From assembly GCA_963816445.1 (NCBI GenBank), contig CAWFKO010000002.1, positions 384,790 to 448,789 of the forward strand: 64,000 nucleotides of DNA. Reading direction: 5' to 3'. The notes below the pieces were generated by a model. It was not told the DNA's origin. It searched no databases and saw nothing but the letters and a program-made list of their open reading frames with translations. Origin of the DNA: an uncultured beta proteobacterium (GTDB lineage: Bacteria > Pseudomonadota > Gammaproteobacteria > Burkholderiales > Casimicrobiaceae). Below, piece after piece: positions 21,123-29,546 of this stretch; position 1 is the first letter of the stretch; every line of letters starts with the position of its first letter. Made by a program: the position numbers and the translations under genes.

Positions 21123-22000
21123 TCGGTCGTGCGCGCTGGACGGGGTATGCGCTGCTGGCTCCGGCGCTGGTCGCGGTCGGTTTTCTGATCGCATACCCTC
21201 TGTACCTGGTCATCGCGATCAGCTTTCGCCAGGGCAAGACGTTGAATGTGCTGCGGCTGTCCGAGTTGCCCTTCGGTCTCGGCAACTATCGCAGCATGCT
21301 CGCCAGCGAGGCGACCTGGCACAGCGCGTGGGTGACGCTGCTGTACGTCGCTGGCAGCATCGTCCCGGCGTTCGCAATCGGGTTGTGCACGGCGCTGCTG
21401 CTTAATCGCGCTTTTCCGGGACGACGCTGGTTGCGCAGCCTGATCCTGCTGCCCTGGGCTATTCCCGGTGTGATCGTCAGCATCGTGTTCCTCTGGCTGC
21501 TCGACGGCTCCTTCGGCGTGGTCAACTCGCTGCTACGGCAGACGGGATGGCTCACGACCGATCTCGCGTGGTTCGCCGACGAGAACACCGCGCTGGCGGC
21601 GGTCATCGTGCCGACGGTGTGGAAGGCGTACCCGTTTTTCGCCCTCACCCTGCTCGCGTCGCTGCAGTCGATACCGTCGAGCCTCTACGAGGCAGCGCAG
21701 GTCGACGGCGCATCGCACTGGCAGCGCTTTCGGTTCATCACCTGGCCGGGAATTCGCGCATCGGCGATGCTGGCTGCGATCCTCAACGCGTTATGGGCGC
21801 TGCGCGAATTCGACATCGTCTATCTCACGACCGGCGGCGGACCCGACCGCGCGACGGAAACGCTGGCGGTACGCATCTACCAGGAAGCGTTCGCTTTTTT
21901 CCGCATGGGCACCGCTTCGGCGCTAGGCGTGCTGACCATGGCGATTGCGGTAGTGCTCGTGCTGATGTCGATGCGCACCATCCGACGCGAGTATTTCTGA
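21119..22000 (+). CDS. ABC transporter permease (MalF/UgpA-like)
   Basis: It has six hydrophobic segments and the EAA loop (LYEAAQVDGASHWQRFRFITWP). There is a 4-nt overlap with the binding-protein gene. Confidence 0.88.
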   Translation: MIGRARWTGYALLAPALVAVGFLIAYPLYLVIAISFRQGKTLNVLRLSELPFGLGNYRSMLASEATWHSAWVTLLYVAGSIVPAFAIGLCTALLLNRAFPGRRWLRSLILLPWAIPGVIVSIVFLWLLDGSFGVVNSLLRQTGWLTTDLAWFADENTALAAVIVPTVWKAYPFFALTLLASLQSIPSSLYEAAQVDGASHWQRFRFITWPGIRASAMLAAILNALWALREFDIVYLTTGGGPDRATETLAVRIYQEAFAFFRMGTASALGVLTMAIAVVLVLMSMRTIRREYF

Positions 22001-22827
22001 TGCGCTCGCGTCGTTGGCTGTACACGCTCGTGGCGGCGGTCGTGGCAGCCATCGCGCTGTTCCCGGTCTACTGGATGGCGCTGACGTCGGTACTGCCCAG
22101 CGAGATCACGCGCTCGCGCTCGCCACCATTGCTTCCGCCGCTTTCGGCACTCTCGCTCGAAGCGTTTTCCGCGGTCCTGGCACGCAAGCCCGTTCTGACG
22201 TGGCTCGCCAACAGCGTCATTGTCACGCTTGCGGCCACGTGCATCAGCCTGGTGATTGCCACACTGGCCGGCTACAGCCTTTCGCGATTCAAGTCGCGTG
22301 CGCAACAAGGTGCTGGCTTCGCACTGCTCGTGTCCAAGATGCTGCCATCGAGTCTCATCGTCATTCCGTTTTTCATCGCCTTCTCGACCTTCGGGCTCAT
22401 CGACAGCCGCTGGGGACTCATCCTCGCCAACGCCGCAGTTGGCGTGCCCTTCGCGACGTGGTTGATGAAAGGCTTCTTCGACGGCATTCCGCGCGAGGTC
22501 GAGCTGGCGGCGATGCTCGACGGCTGCAACGGCGCGCAGGCGGTGTGGTACGTCGTGCTGCCGCTGGCGCGCCCGGGACTCGCCGCGTCCGGTATCTACC
22601 TCGCCATCGTCACGTGGTCGGATTTCGTGTTCGCGCGCACGCTCGTCAACAGCCCCGATCTATGGGTGCTCAACGTCGGCATGCAGTCCTTTCTCGGCGA
22701 ATACGGTGTCGACTGGTCGAGCCTGATGGCGGTGGGGATGCTGTCGCTGGCACCGGTGTTCATCCTGTTCCTGCTGCTCGAACCGTTCCTGGTGAGCGGC
22801 ATGACACAGGGAGCGGTGGCGAACTGA
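22000..22827 (+). CDS. ABC transporter permease (MalG/UgpE-like)
   Basis: The EAA loop is ELAAMLDGCNGAQAVWYVVLPLARP. ATG 22000 overlaps the preceding stop (TGATG). Confidence 0.88.
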   Translation: MRSRRWLYTLVAAVVAAIALFPVYWMALTSVLPSEITRSRSPPLLPPLSALSLEAFSAVLARKPVLTWLANSVIVTLAATCISLVIATLAGYSLSRFKSRAQQGAGFALLVSKMLPSSLIVIPFFIAFSTFGLIDSRWGLILANAAVGVPFATWLMKGFFDGIPREVELAAMLDGCNGAQAVWYVVLPLARPGLAASGIYLAIVTWSDFVFARTLVNSPDLWVLNVGMQSFLGEYGVDWSSLMAVGMLSLAPVFILFLLLEPFLVSGMTQGAVAN

Positions 22828-23996
22828 TGGCCGTCACCGTCAAGAACGTCGAGACCATCGTGGTCGCCATCCCACGCGCGGTGCCATACCTGGGACCGCT
22901 GGGCGAGGGCGAAACGGTCAACGAGCGTGGCTACTTCGTGCGCCACAGCAATCGCACCATCTACCCGACCGTCGATCGCTCGGTGCTGGTGCGCATCACG
23001 GCGAGCGATGGCACGATCGGCTGGGGCGAGACCTACGGCATTGTCGCGCCGCAAGCGGTGGTTGCGATCGTCGCCGATGTGTTGGCGCCGGTGCTCGCCG
23101 GCCGCGCTCCGGTCGACATTCCCGCACTTTGGGACGAGCTGTATGCGCTCATGCGCGTGCGCGGGCATTGGAGTGGCTATTTCACCGACGCGCTGGCGGC
23201 AGTCGACATCGCGCTATGGGACCTGGCGGGCAAGCTCGCTGGCGCGCGCGCGGTCGACATGCTCGGCGGCGCGCGTCGCGAGCGCATCGCCGCGTATGCA
23301 TCGGGCTTGCCAAGGGCAACCCTGCAGGAACGCGTCGCGCTGGCGCGAGACTTCGTCGCGCAGGGTTTCCGCGCGGTCAAATTCGCCGCCGCGGTGTCGC
23401 ATGAAGGCGTCATCGAGGAAATGCGCGCGCTGCGCGAAGCGCTGGGCGCAGACATCCAGATCATGGTCGACCTGCACTGGAAATACACGGCGACCGAAGC
23501 CATCACGCTGATCCGTGCGCTTGAACCCTATCGCCCATATTTCGCCGAAGCGCCTTGCGCGCCCGAGGACATGGATGCGCAGGCGGACGTGGCCGCAAAC
23601 GTCACGGTACCCATCGCCGGCGGCGAAGAGTGGAGCACGCTCTTTCAGGTGCGCCCGCGGCTTGCGCACCGCTGCGTGAGCATCGTGCAGCCGGAAGCCG
23701 CGCACACCGGCTTGTCGCAGTTCACCGCGATAGGCAGGTTCGCGGCCGAGCAGGGCGCCAAGGTGATTCCGCACGCGACCATTGGCATCGGCATTTTTCA
23801 CGCCGCGAGCCTGCACGGCACAGCGAGCTTGCCGGCGGTGCCTTTCCACGAGCACCAGCACTCGATATTCGACACGAACCTGCGCTACGTCAGCACGAGC
23901 ATGCGCTGCGCGGATGGGTTTTTTGAGGTCCCCGCGGGTGCGGGCTTGGGGGTCGAACCCAGGCCGGAGCTGTGGCGGCACGTGGTATCGCCCTAG
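22827..23996 (+). CDS. Enolase-superfamily enzyme (mandelate racemase / muconate lactonizing family; probable acid-sugar dehydratase)
   Basis: WGETYG...AAVDIALWDLAGK is present, along with metal-ligand regions (MVDLHW, FAEAP, GGEEW) and the catalytic His region. ATG 22827 overlaps the preceding stop. Confidence 0.85.
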   Translation: MAVTVKNVETIVVAIPRAVPYLGPLGEGETVNERGYFVRHSNRTIYPTVDRSVLVRITASDGTIGWGETYGIVAPQAVVAIVADVLAPVLAGRAPVDIPALWDELYALMRVRGHWSGYFTDALAAVDIALWDLAGKLAGARAVDMLGGARRERIAAYASGLPRATLQERVALARDFVAQGFRAVKFAAAVSHEGVIEEMRALREALGADIQIMVDLHWKYTATEAITLIRALEPYRPYFAEAPCAPEDMDAQADVAANVTVPIAGGEEWSTLFQVRPRLAHRCVSIVQPEAAHTGLSQFTAIGRFAAEQGAKVIPHATIGIGIFHAASLHGTASLPAVPFHEHQHSIFDTNLRYVSTSMRCADGFFEVPAGAGLGVEPRPELWRHVVSP

Positions 23997-24140
23997 GCCC
24001 GACTTGCGCTCGCCGCGCCCGCCCCAACTTTTGTAGTGATTTGATGCGATCCGTCCCGCGAATCCCGGGGCCCCGGGTGGTATCATAGACATCCAGCGCG
24101 CGATCGCCGCAGCACGCGATTCGCCGCAGAACCGGTTACC

Positions 24141-24808
24141 GGGGGCGACCTGGTTTCGACGGGGACTGCGAAGCAGCGCGGGGCATGCCAAGGTGCAGAA
24201 CCTTGTGAATCCTCTGCAATCGCAAACTTAACTGCGAACGACGAAAACTACGCTCTGGCGGCTTAACCCCGCCGGACCTCGCACCGGGCGGCGCTCAGCT
24301 CGGGTGATGCAACAGTAACTGTCACAGCGAGGACATTTAGAGCGATCGCGTACGCCCGGGTCACTTGGGCGACACGCTAAATCTAGGTGACTGGCATCGG
24401 CGTCGCCTGCCCATCAGTGGCGCCGGAGCGAGAGCACAATGACGTGGCTAAGCATGTAGTCCCGACTGTGTAGCGTTTTCGGACGCGGGTTCGATTAGCA
24501 AATGGTCGCCTCTGCCCGCAAGGGCAGAGTGAAAACGGGGCTCACATCGGCGAACCCTGCAAACCGCGCAGCGGAGAATGTTGCTGTGCGGAATGGCAAC
24601 GCCGAGGGGTAGGAAGAGGGCCAACCTCAGGCCTGCCCTGTAGAGACTCATAGACCGGCTGACGGTGGCAAAAGCACGCATGAGCTGGCACTAGGATTCT
24701 GCGGGCAATATCGCCGTGGATAACACGCCCCGCATCCTGTTCGCAGGATGAAGGCATAGTCCAGCCCGTCTCGAAAGAGATGGAAGAGCTGTCCCGCCGC
24801 CTCCACCA
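24141..24808 (+). ncRNA. ssrA: tmRNA (SsrA), with its gene interrupted by an intron in the T-loop; mature RNA = 24141-24495 + 24792-24808
   Basis: The 5' end GGGGGCGACCTGGTTTCGACGGGG is canonical. The tag reading frame GCG AAC GAC GAA AAC TAC GCT CTG GCG GCT TAA at 24234-24266 encodes ANDENYALAA. GGACGCGGGTTCGAT (ending 24495) plus TCCCGCCGCCTCCACCA (24792-24808) rebuild a canonical T-arm. They also rebuild the acceptor 3' strand, which pairs with GGGGGCG including G3:U. Confidence 0.93.
24496..24791 (+). mobile_element. ORF-less group I intron in the tmRNA T-loop
   Basis: The 5' exon ends in U (24495) and the intron ends in G (24791). GUCG at 24505-24508 can pair with exon CGAU to give the U.G wobble of P1. 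GTAGAGACTCATAG (24640-24653) and AAGGCATAGTCC (24751-24762) match the conserved R and S elements (..CAGAGACUA.. / AAGAUAUAGUCC) that form P7. Confidence 0.75.
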
Positions 24809-24813
24809 TCACA

Positions 24814-24847
24814 CGCCGCCCGGCTTCGCCGGGCGGCGTTTTCTTTT
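24814..24847 (+). terminator. Rho-independent terminator of ssrA
   Basis: There is a perfect 11-bp GC-rich stem CGCCGCCCGGC / GCCGGGCGGCG with loop TTC. It is followed by TTTTCTTTT, 5 nt downstream of the encoded CCA end. Confidence 0.85.
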
Positions 24848-26730
24848 GTGCGCCCGGCAGGGCGCACTTACTTGGAGGTGAAAGTCCTCTACACACCCGG
24901 CAAGGGGAAGTGTTAGCCGAACGGCAAGGGTGTCGCGGGCGACTGCGAATCTGGAGGAAGCTGTAGGCAAAGCGCTGGCCTGACGAACAGGAAGCGGATA
25001 GAGGCGACGTAGCGGGGTGAGACGGCAAATATCGTCGAAGCCCGATACTTGCACGGAACGCTGCGACGTAGATCCGACAGGCATAAGCGTGAAGGTGCGT
25101 GCGTCATACCCGGGGAGATCTGCACGGTTGCCTTGTGCTACTGACATCGAGAGGTGTTGGGATGCTGGTGCAGAAGTCAGCCGAGGCCATAGTAGGGGTC
25201 AGCATGAACCGAAGGGCCGAACGTGAAGTGCCGCGAGTAGGCGGCGGGAATCTCAAGGAAGCCGATGAAGGCAGAAGCTGATCGGGCAGATCAGGTGGGC
25301 GCAGCAGGACACCGGACGGAATTCGGTGGTGGCTGCGGCTCGCGCCGAGGCGGACATGGCGACCCGTCTGCGGACGAAAGCGGAGGTAGCGACAACGAGT
25401 CTGATGGAAGCCGTAGTGGAACGCGGCAACCTGAGGCTCGCGTATCAGCGGGTGGTCGAGAACAAGGGTGCGGCGGGGGTCGATGAACTCGCTGTGTCCG
25501 AGCTCAAAGATCATCTGAAACGACACTGGCCGACGATACGAGCCAGACTGCTGACGGGCGATTACCAACCGGCGGCCGGTGCGACGGGTGGACATCCCGA
25601 AGCCGCAAGGCGGGGGACGCGCACGCTGGGCATTCCGACGGTGGTGGATCGACTGATCCAGCAGGCGTTGCATCAAGTGCTGCAACCGATCTTCGAGCCG
25701 ACCTTCTCGGAGGCGAGCTACGGCTTTCGACCGGGGAGGAATGCGCATCAGGCGCTGCGCCAAGCGCGGCAGTATGTGGCGCAGGGCAAGCGCTGGGTGG
25801 TGGACATGGACCTGGAGAAGTTCTTCGACCGGGTCAACCACGATCTACTGATGAGCAAGCTGGCGACGAAGATCGATGATGCACGAGTGCTGACACTGAT
25901 CCGGCGGTATCTCGAAGCGGGCATGATGGCGGACGGGTTGGTGCAGCCGCGAACGGAAGGCACGCCGCAAGGCGGGCCGCTGTCGCCGCTGCTGTCCAAC
26001 ATTCTGCTCGACCGAGCTTGACCGGGAACTGGAACGACGAGGCCACACCTTCTGCCGCTACGCGGACGACTGCAACATCTACGTCGGCAGCCAACGGGCG
26101 GGGGTGGGGCTGCTGCACAGTCTGACCGAGTTTCTGGCCGAGCGGCTCAAGCTCAAGGTGAATGCGGCCAAGAGCGCGGTGGCGCGGCCGTGGCAGCGCA
26201 AGTTTCTGGGCTATAGCATGACGTGGCATCAGAAGCCGAAGCTGCGCATTGCGGCGTCCAGCCTCAAGCGACTGACGGAGAAGGTGAAGGCACTGTTGCG
26301 CGGTGCGCGAGGTCGCAACCTTGGCGCCACGATCCAAACGCTTAACCCGGTGCTACGCGGTTGGGCGGCCTACTTCAAGTTGGCCGAAACCAAGCGGGCA
26401 TTGGAGGAGCGCGATGGCTGGATCCGGCATAAGTTACGCTGCATCCTGTGGCGACAGTGGAAGCGGCCGTATCGGCGCGCCCGCAACTTGATGAAACGCG
26501 GACTGACGGAGGAACGAGCCTGGCGCTCGGCCACCAACGGGCGCGGCCCGTGGTGGAATGCGGGCGCGAGTCACATGCACGCTGCCTTCCCGCAGTCCTG
26601 GTTCGATATGCTGGGGCTGGTGTCGCTGCTCGATACGGTGCAGCGCCTTCAGCGCGTTTCATGAACCGCCGTATGCGGAACCGCACGTACGGTGGTGTGG
26701 GAGGGCGACCGGGGTGACCCGGTCCCCTAC
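24848..26730 (+). mobile_element. Bacterial class C (IIC) group II intron
   Basis: It starts with GTGCG immediately after the terminator U-tract, which is the typical IIC target. An RT/maturase ORF lies in domain IV. The domain V hairpin CCGCCGTATGCG-GAAC-CGCACGTACGGTGG (about 26667-26696) has a CGC triad position. A short domain VI follows, and the intron ends ...CCCCTAC at about 26730 (3' boundary +/- a few nt). Confidence 0.8.
25356..26664 (+). pseudogene. Group II intron reverse transcriptase/maturase (no endonuclease domain), frameshifted
   Basis: The RT motifs are present: GAAGVDELAV, TLGIPTVVDRLIQQA, YGFRPGRNAHQA, VVDMDLEKFFDRVNH, PQGGPLSPLLSNILL and RYADDCNIY (the last in a shifted frame). 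The X/maturase region (LRGWAAYFKL) is also present. A compensated pair of indels lies at about 25569-25579 and in the G-run 25612-25616. An uncompensated extra base near 26012-26013 creates the stop at 26019-26021. Confidence 0.8.
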
Positions 26731-26748
26731 CCGATCTATACTTGAACT

Positions 26749-27189
26749 ATGGTGGCGGCCAAAGCTATTCGTTCGCTGGACAGTTGTGATGCCGCTTATA
26801 TTGCCGGGCTCATAGATGGCGAAGGCACCATTACATTAAGCCGGGAGCACCGTAATGAAAATCGGAGGCTTGTCGTGAGCATCAGCAGCACTGAACGCGT
26901 TCTGCTGGAGGTTGTGGCCACCCATTGCGGTTGCGGCAAGATCACCAACAAACGGGCGTCGAGCACTCGGCACGCGCCGAGTTTCGCGTATCGGATCACT
27001 AGCCAGCAGGCCCTTGACCTCTTAAGGCAGGTGCATCCATTTTTGATTTCCTACAAGCGCCTGCGAGCTGAGTTGGTACTGGCCGACTACGGTCGCCTCA
27101 CCCCAAGGAATGGCAAATATAGCGCACACCAGAGGTTCGCGCGCCACGCGTTTGAGCGCAAGTTGCTGGCGCTAACAAAGGCTTCTTGA
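26749..27189 (+). CDS. LAGLIDADG-family homing endonuclease (single-motif, I-CreI-like size), free-standing
   Basis: The 146-aa ORF carries the motif AAYIAGLIDGEGTITL near its N-terminus. It is visibly less GC-rich than its surroundings. It begins 19 nt after the group II intron 3' end. Confidence 0.7.
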   Translation: MVAAKAIRSLDSCDAAYIAGLIDGEGTITLSREHRNENRRLVVSISSTERVLLEVVATHCGCGKITNKRASSTRHAPSFAYRITSQQALDLLRQVHPFLISYKRLRAELVLADYGRLTPRNGKYSAHQRFARHAFERKLLALTKAS

Positions 27190-27294
27190 CACACGCTGCA
27201 TACGGCAACGCGCGAACGCCGCGCGTCGCCACGGAGCTTGGGGCAAGCAAGGCGTTGCAACTGAGACCGACTTCTGGGCCCTACAAAATGACCA

Positions 27295-27318
27295 GTTCGA
27301 TTCCCGCCGCCTCCACCA
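27295..27318 (+). repeat. Intron-less 24-nt duplicate of the ssrA 3' end (att-type direct repeat)
   Basis: GTTCGATTCCCGCCGCCTCCACCA equals ssrA 24489-24495 joined to 24792-24808. It therefore spans the group I intron insertion site in uninterrupted form. Confidence 0.9.
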
Positions 27319-27373
27319 AACTAAGCAATGACGGCCCCAGCTGGGGACCGTTTCCTTCCCATTCCCATAGTAC

Positions 27374-27784
27374 ATGTCGGTATCGCTCTGTCCATGTGAG
27401 TTCGCTAGCGAGGATGGTATTGGTGCGATCCTCCGTGCCGCTAACAAAGCGGAGGTGGCAAAAGGCGTTCGACGCGCGCATCTCTTGGCAGTGTTTACGG
27501 CGCAGCGCGTCGGCGACATCGTCGCCGCTGCCTGGGATGAGCTCGACTTGAAATCGGCCGTCTGGTCGATACCGCGCGATCGCATGAAGCGCAAAGATAA
27601 GGGTCGCGGGCTGCACCTAGTGCTGGTCCCGCCGCTCGTTTTGACCATGCTTGAAGAGTGGTGCAGGACCGATGGCCAAGAAGCGATCTATGTTTGCCCT
27701 GCCCCTCGGGTCGACGCGAAATCTGTACCAAAGGTCGTCGATTCGCCCGCAACGAGGCTGCGCATGGCGCCGCCATTACAGTAG
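27374..27784 (+). pseudogene. Tyrosine recombinase (P4-type integrase) internal fragment
   Basis: AHLLAVFTAQRVGDIVAAAWDELDLKSAVWSIPRDRMKRKDKGRGLHLVLVPPLVLTMLEEW matches the box I region of phage integrases (...TGxRxxEL..L.W.diDl....w.ip..r.K......vPL). The N-terminal SAM-like/arm domain and the C-terminal HxxR...Y region are missing. Very degenerate traces may continue to about 27930. Confidence 0.7.
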
Positions 27785-28090
27785 CTTCGGCCGTCAGCGG
27801 AGCCGCCTCGAATCGCCAGAGCAGGAAGTTTCGCCGACGAAGCATTGAGGCAGACGCGCGTATTCGCGACCGCGCATCTATCCGGCAAACCTTCCCGGGA
27901 ATGGCTGCAGCGGCTGGGAGCGTGAGCCGGTCTGCGACGATGAAACTGACCACAGCCATACCCGCGCTTGACCGTCTGAGTGCGGACAACTGGAGCCATA
28001 CCGTGAAGCGGCAAACAGACGACATTCGATCGCACTGTCGGTCTGAACCGAGCATTGTGCCGAACGTAAGAACGAGTATCGAGACTTAAC

Positions 28091-28981
28091 TCAATCGTGT
28101 TGGGAGGCGAACAGCGACTTGCCGCAGTGCTTGCAGAATCGCGCATCAGCGTCGTGGTCTTCGGTCAGGCAATCAGGGCACACCTGCGTGGCCACCGGTG
28201 GTCCGATGCGGCGGGCGGTCATCTCGGCCGTGACGATACCAGTGGGGACGGCCAGGATGCCCCACCCCAACAGCATCACGCACGAGGCAATGAAGCGGCC
28301 CAAATCAGTCTTTGGCGTGATATCGCCGAAGCCAACCGTAGTCATCGTGGTAATGCCCCAATACATCGCCACTGGAATACTGGTGAAGCCGTTCTCGGGG
28401 CCCTCGACGACGTACATCACGGTCCCGAGGACCGCAACGGTGATCAGCACGAAGGCAAGGAAGACGGCGATCTTGCGCCCGCTGGACCTCAGAGACGCAC
28501 CGAGGAAGGCCAACTCCGAAACGTACTCGCTAAGCTTGAGGAGTCGAAAAACACGCAGCAGGCGCAACAGCCGCAGGTTGATCAGCGAATTGACTTCCGG
28601 CACGAAGAACACCAAGTACGTCGGCAGCACAGCCAGCAAGTCTACGATGCCAAAGAAGCTTGTCGCATAGCGCCACGGGTGCCGGACGCACGCCAGCCGC
28701 AGCACGTATTCCACGGTGAACAGCAACGTGAACCCCCATTCGAGGACATTGAACAGCGTCTCATAGCGGTCCATCGATTGCACGCTGTCGAGGATCACCA
28801 CCGCCACGCTGGAAAGGACCAGCAGGACCAACACAAGATCGAACAGCAGGCCGGCGCGGGTGTCGTGCTCGAAGATGATCGTATAGGCTCGCGAGCGCCA
28901 CGAGCCCTCTGGGCGGCCAAAGGGCGCTGCCCATTCCGATTTCGTAGATCGCGAGTCGGGAGCCGATTCGGAGGTCGTCAT
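28091..28981 (-). CDS. Voltage-gated-type (6-TM) potassium channel with a C-terminal zinc-ribbon-like tail
   Basis: An S4-like segment has spaced Arg/Lys residues (LRLLRLLRVFRLLKL). The pore and selectivity filter are TTMTTVGFGDITP. The C-terminus reads CPDC...CKHC. Confidence 0.85.
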   Translation of the reverse strand: MTTSESAPDSRSTKSEWAAPFGRPEGSWRSRAYTIIFEHDTRAGLLFDLVLVLLVLSSVAVVILDSVQSMDRYETLFNVLEWGFTLLFTVEYVLRLACVRHPWRYATSFFGIVDLLAVLPTYLVFFVPEVNSLINLRLLRLLRVFRLLKLSEYVSELAFLGASLRSSGRKIAVFLAFVLITVAVLGTVMYVVEGPENGFTSIPVAMYWGITTMTTVGFGDITPKTDLGRFIASCVMLLGWGILAVPTGIVTAEMTARRIGPPVATQVCPDCLTEDHDADARFCKHCGKSLFASQHD

Positions 28982-29140
28982 GATCGATATGTGGGGACAG
29001 AAATCCTAACCGTACCATATGATCCGGCAGGGCGACGACGAGTGGGTGCCGTAAGCACCTCGGGACGCGACAGGAAGACTCGCTGGGTACGCCAGTGCTC
29101 GCCAGCGCTCAATCGGCGCAGTCACTCCGGTGACCCACCG

Positions 29141-29464
29141 TCACTCGCCGCCGTCACTTGCGGCCGTCAACGCCTTGACGGCAATCGCAGCTACGAGCGC
29201 GGTAACCAGCACGCCACACACGCCAATGAAGATCGCGAGCACGCGCGCGAGCAGTGACTTGGGCGCAAGATCACCGTAGCCGATCGTCAGGCCGGACACG
29301 AAGGCAAAATAGATCGACTCCTGTACCGACCAGCCTTCTATCAGGCCAACAACCAAGCCGGCCGCGACGATCAGTCCGAGCAACCCCGACAGGATCGGCC
29401 ATACCACACTCAATCCGGTGAGCAGTCCGGCAAGGAACTCCCTTCTCAACTTGCGCGAAGCCAT
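29141..29464 (-). CDS. Minimal two-TM potassium channel (pore-only)
   Basis: It has two hydrophobic helices flanking the filter sequence GLTIGYGDLAP. The start was set at ATG 29464, which has GGAGG 4 nt upstream. Confidence 0.75.
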   Translation of the reverse strand: MASRKLRREFLAGLLTGLSVVWPILSGLLGLIVAAGLVVGLIEGWSVQESIYFAFVSGLTIGYGDLAPKSLLARVLAIFIGVCGVLVTALVAAIAVKALTAASDGGE

Positions 29465-29546
29465 ATTGCCTCCAAAGTTGCGACACAATACAAGCGCGCC
29501 CGTGCACAGACGCCAGTTCAGCAGAGCGAAACAAATGTGATGACCT

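Noticed and set aside
24041-24086. An ssrA promoter (TTGATG at 24041-24046, TATCAT at 24081-24086)
   Set aside because: The two hexamers are 34 nt apart, and no acceptable -35 lies 16-18 nt upstream of TATCAT. I cannot support a promoter call from sequence alone.
25326-26021. The GTG at 25326 as the maturase start, with the 231-aa and 186-aa ORFs treated as two separate genes
   Set aside because: The RT motifs run continuously across the 26012-26021 frame break (LLSNILLD|ELDRELERRGHTFCRYADDCNIY). They are two halves of one disrupted gene. ATG 25356 is a more conventional start, but the exact start is uncertain.
27295-27318. A possible tRNA or second tmRNA gene
   Set aside because: Only the T-loop-to-CCA 24-mer is present. 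The upstream sequence has no matching acceptor 5' strand or other arms, so it is an att-type duplicate.
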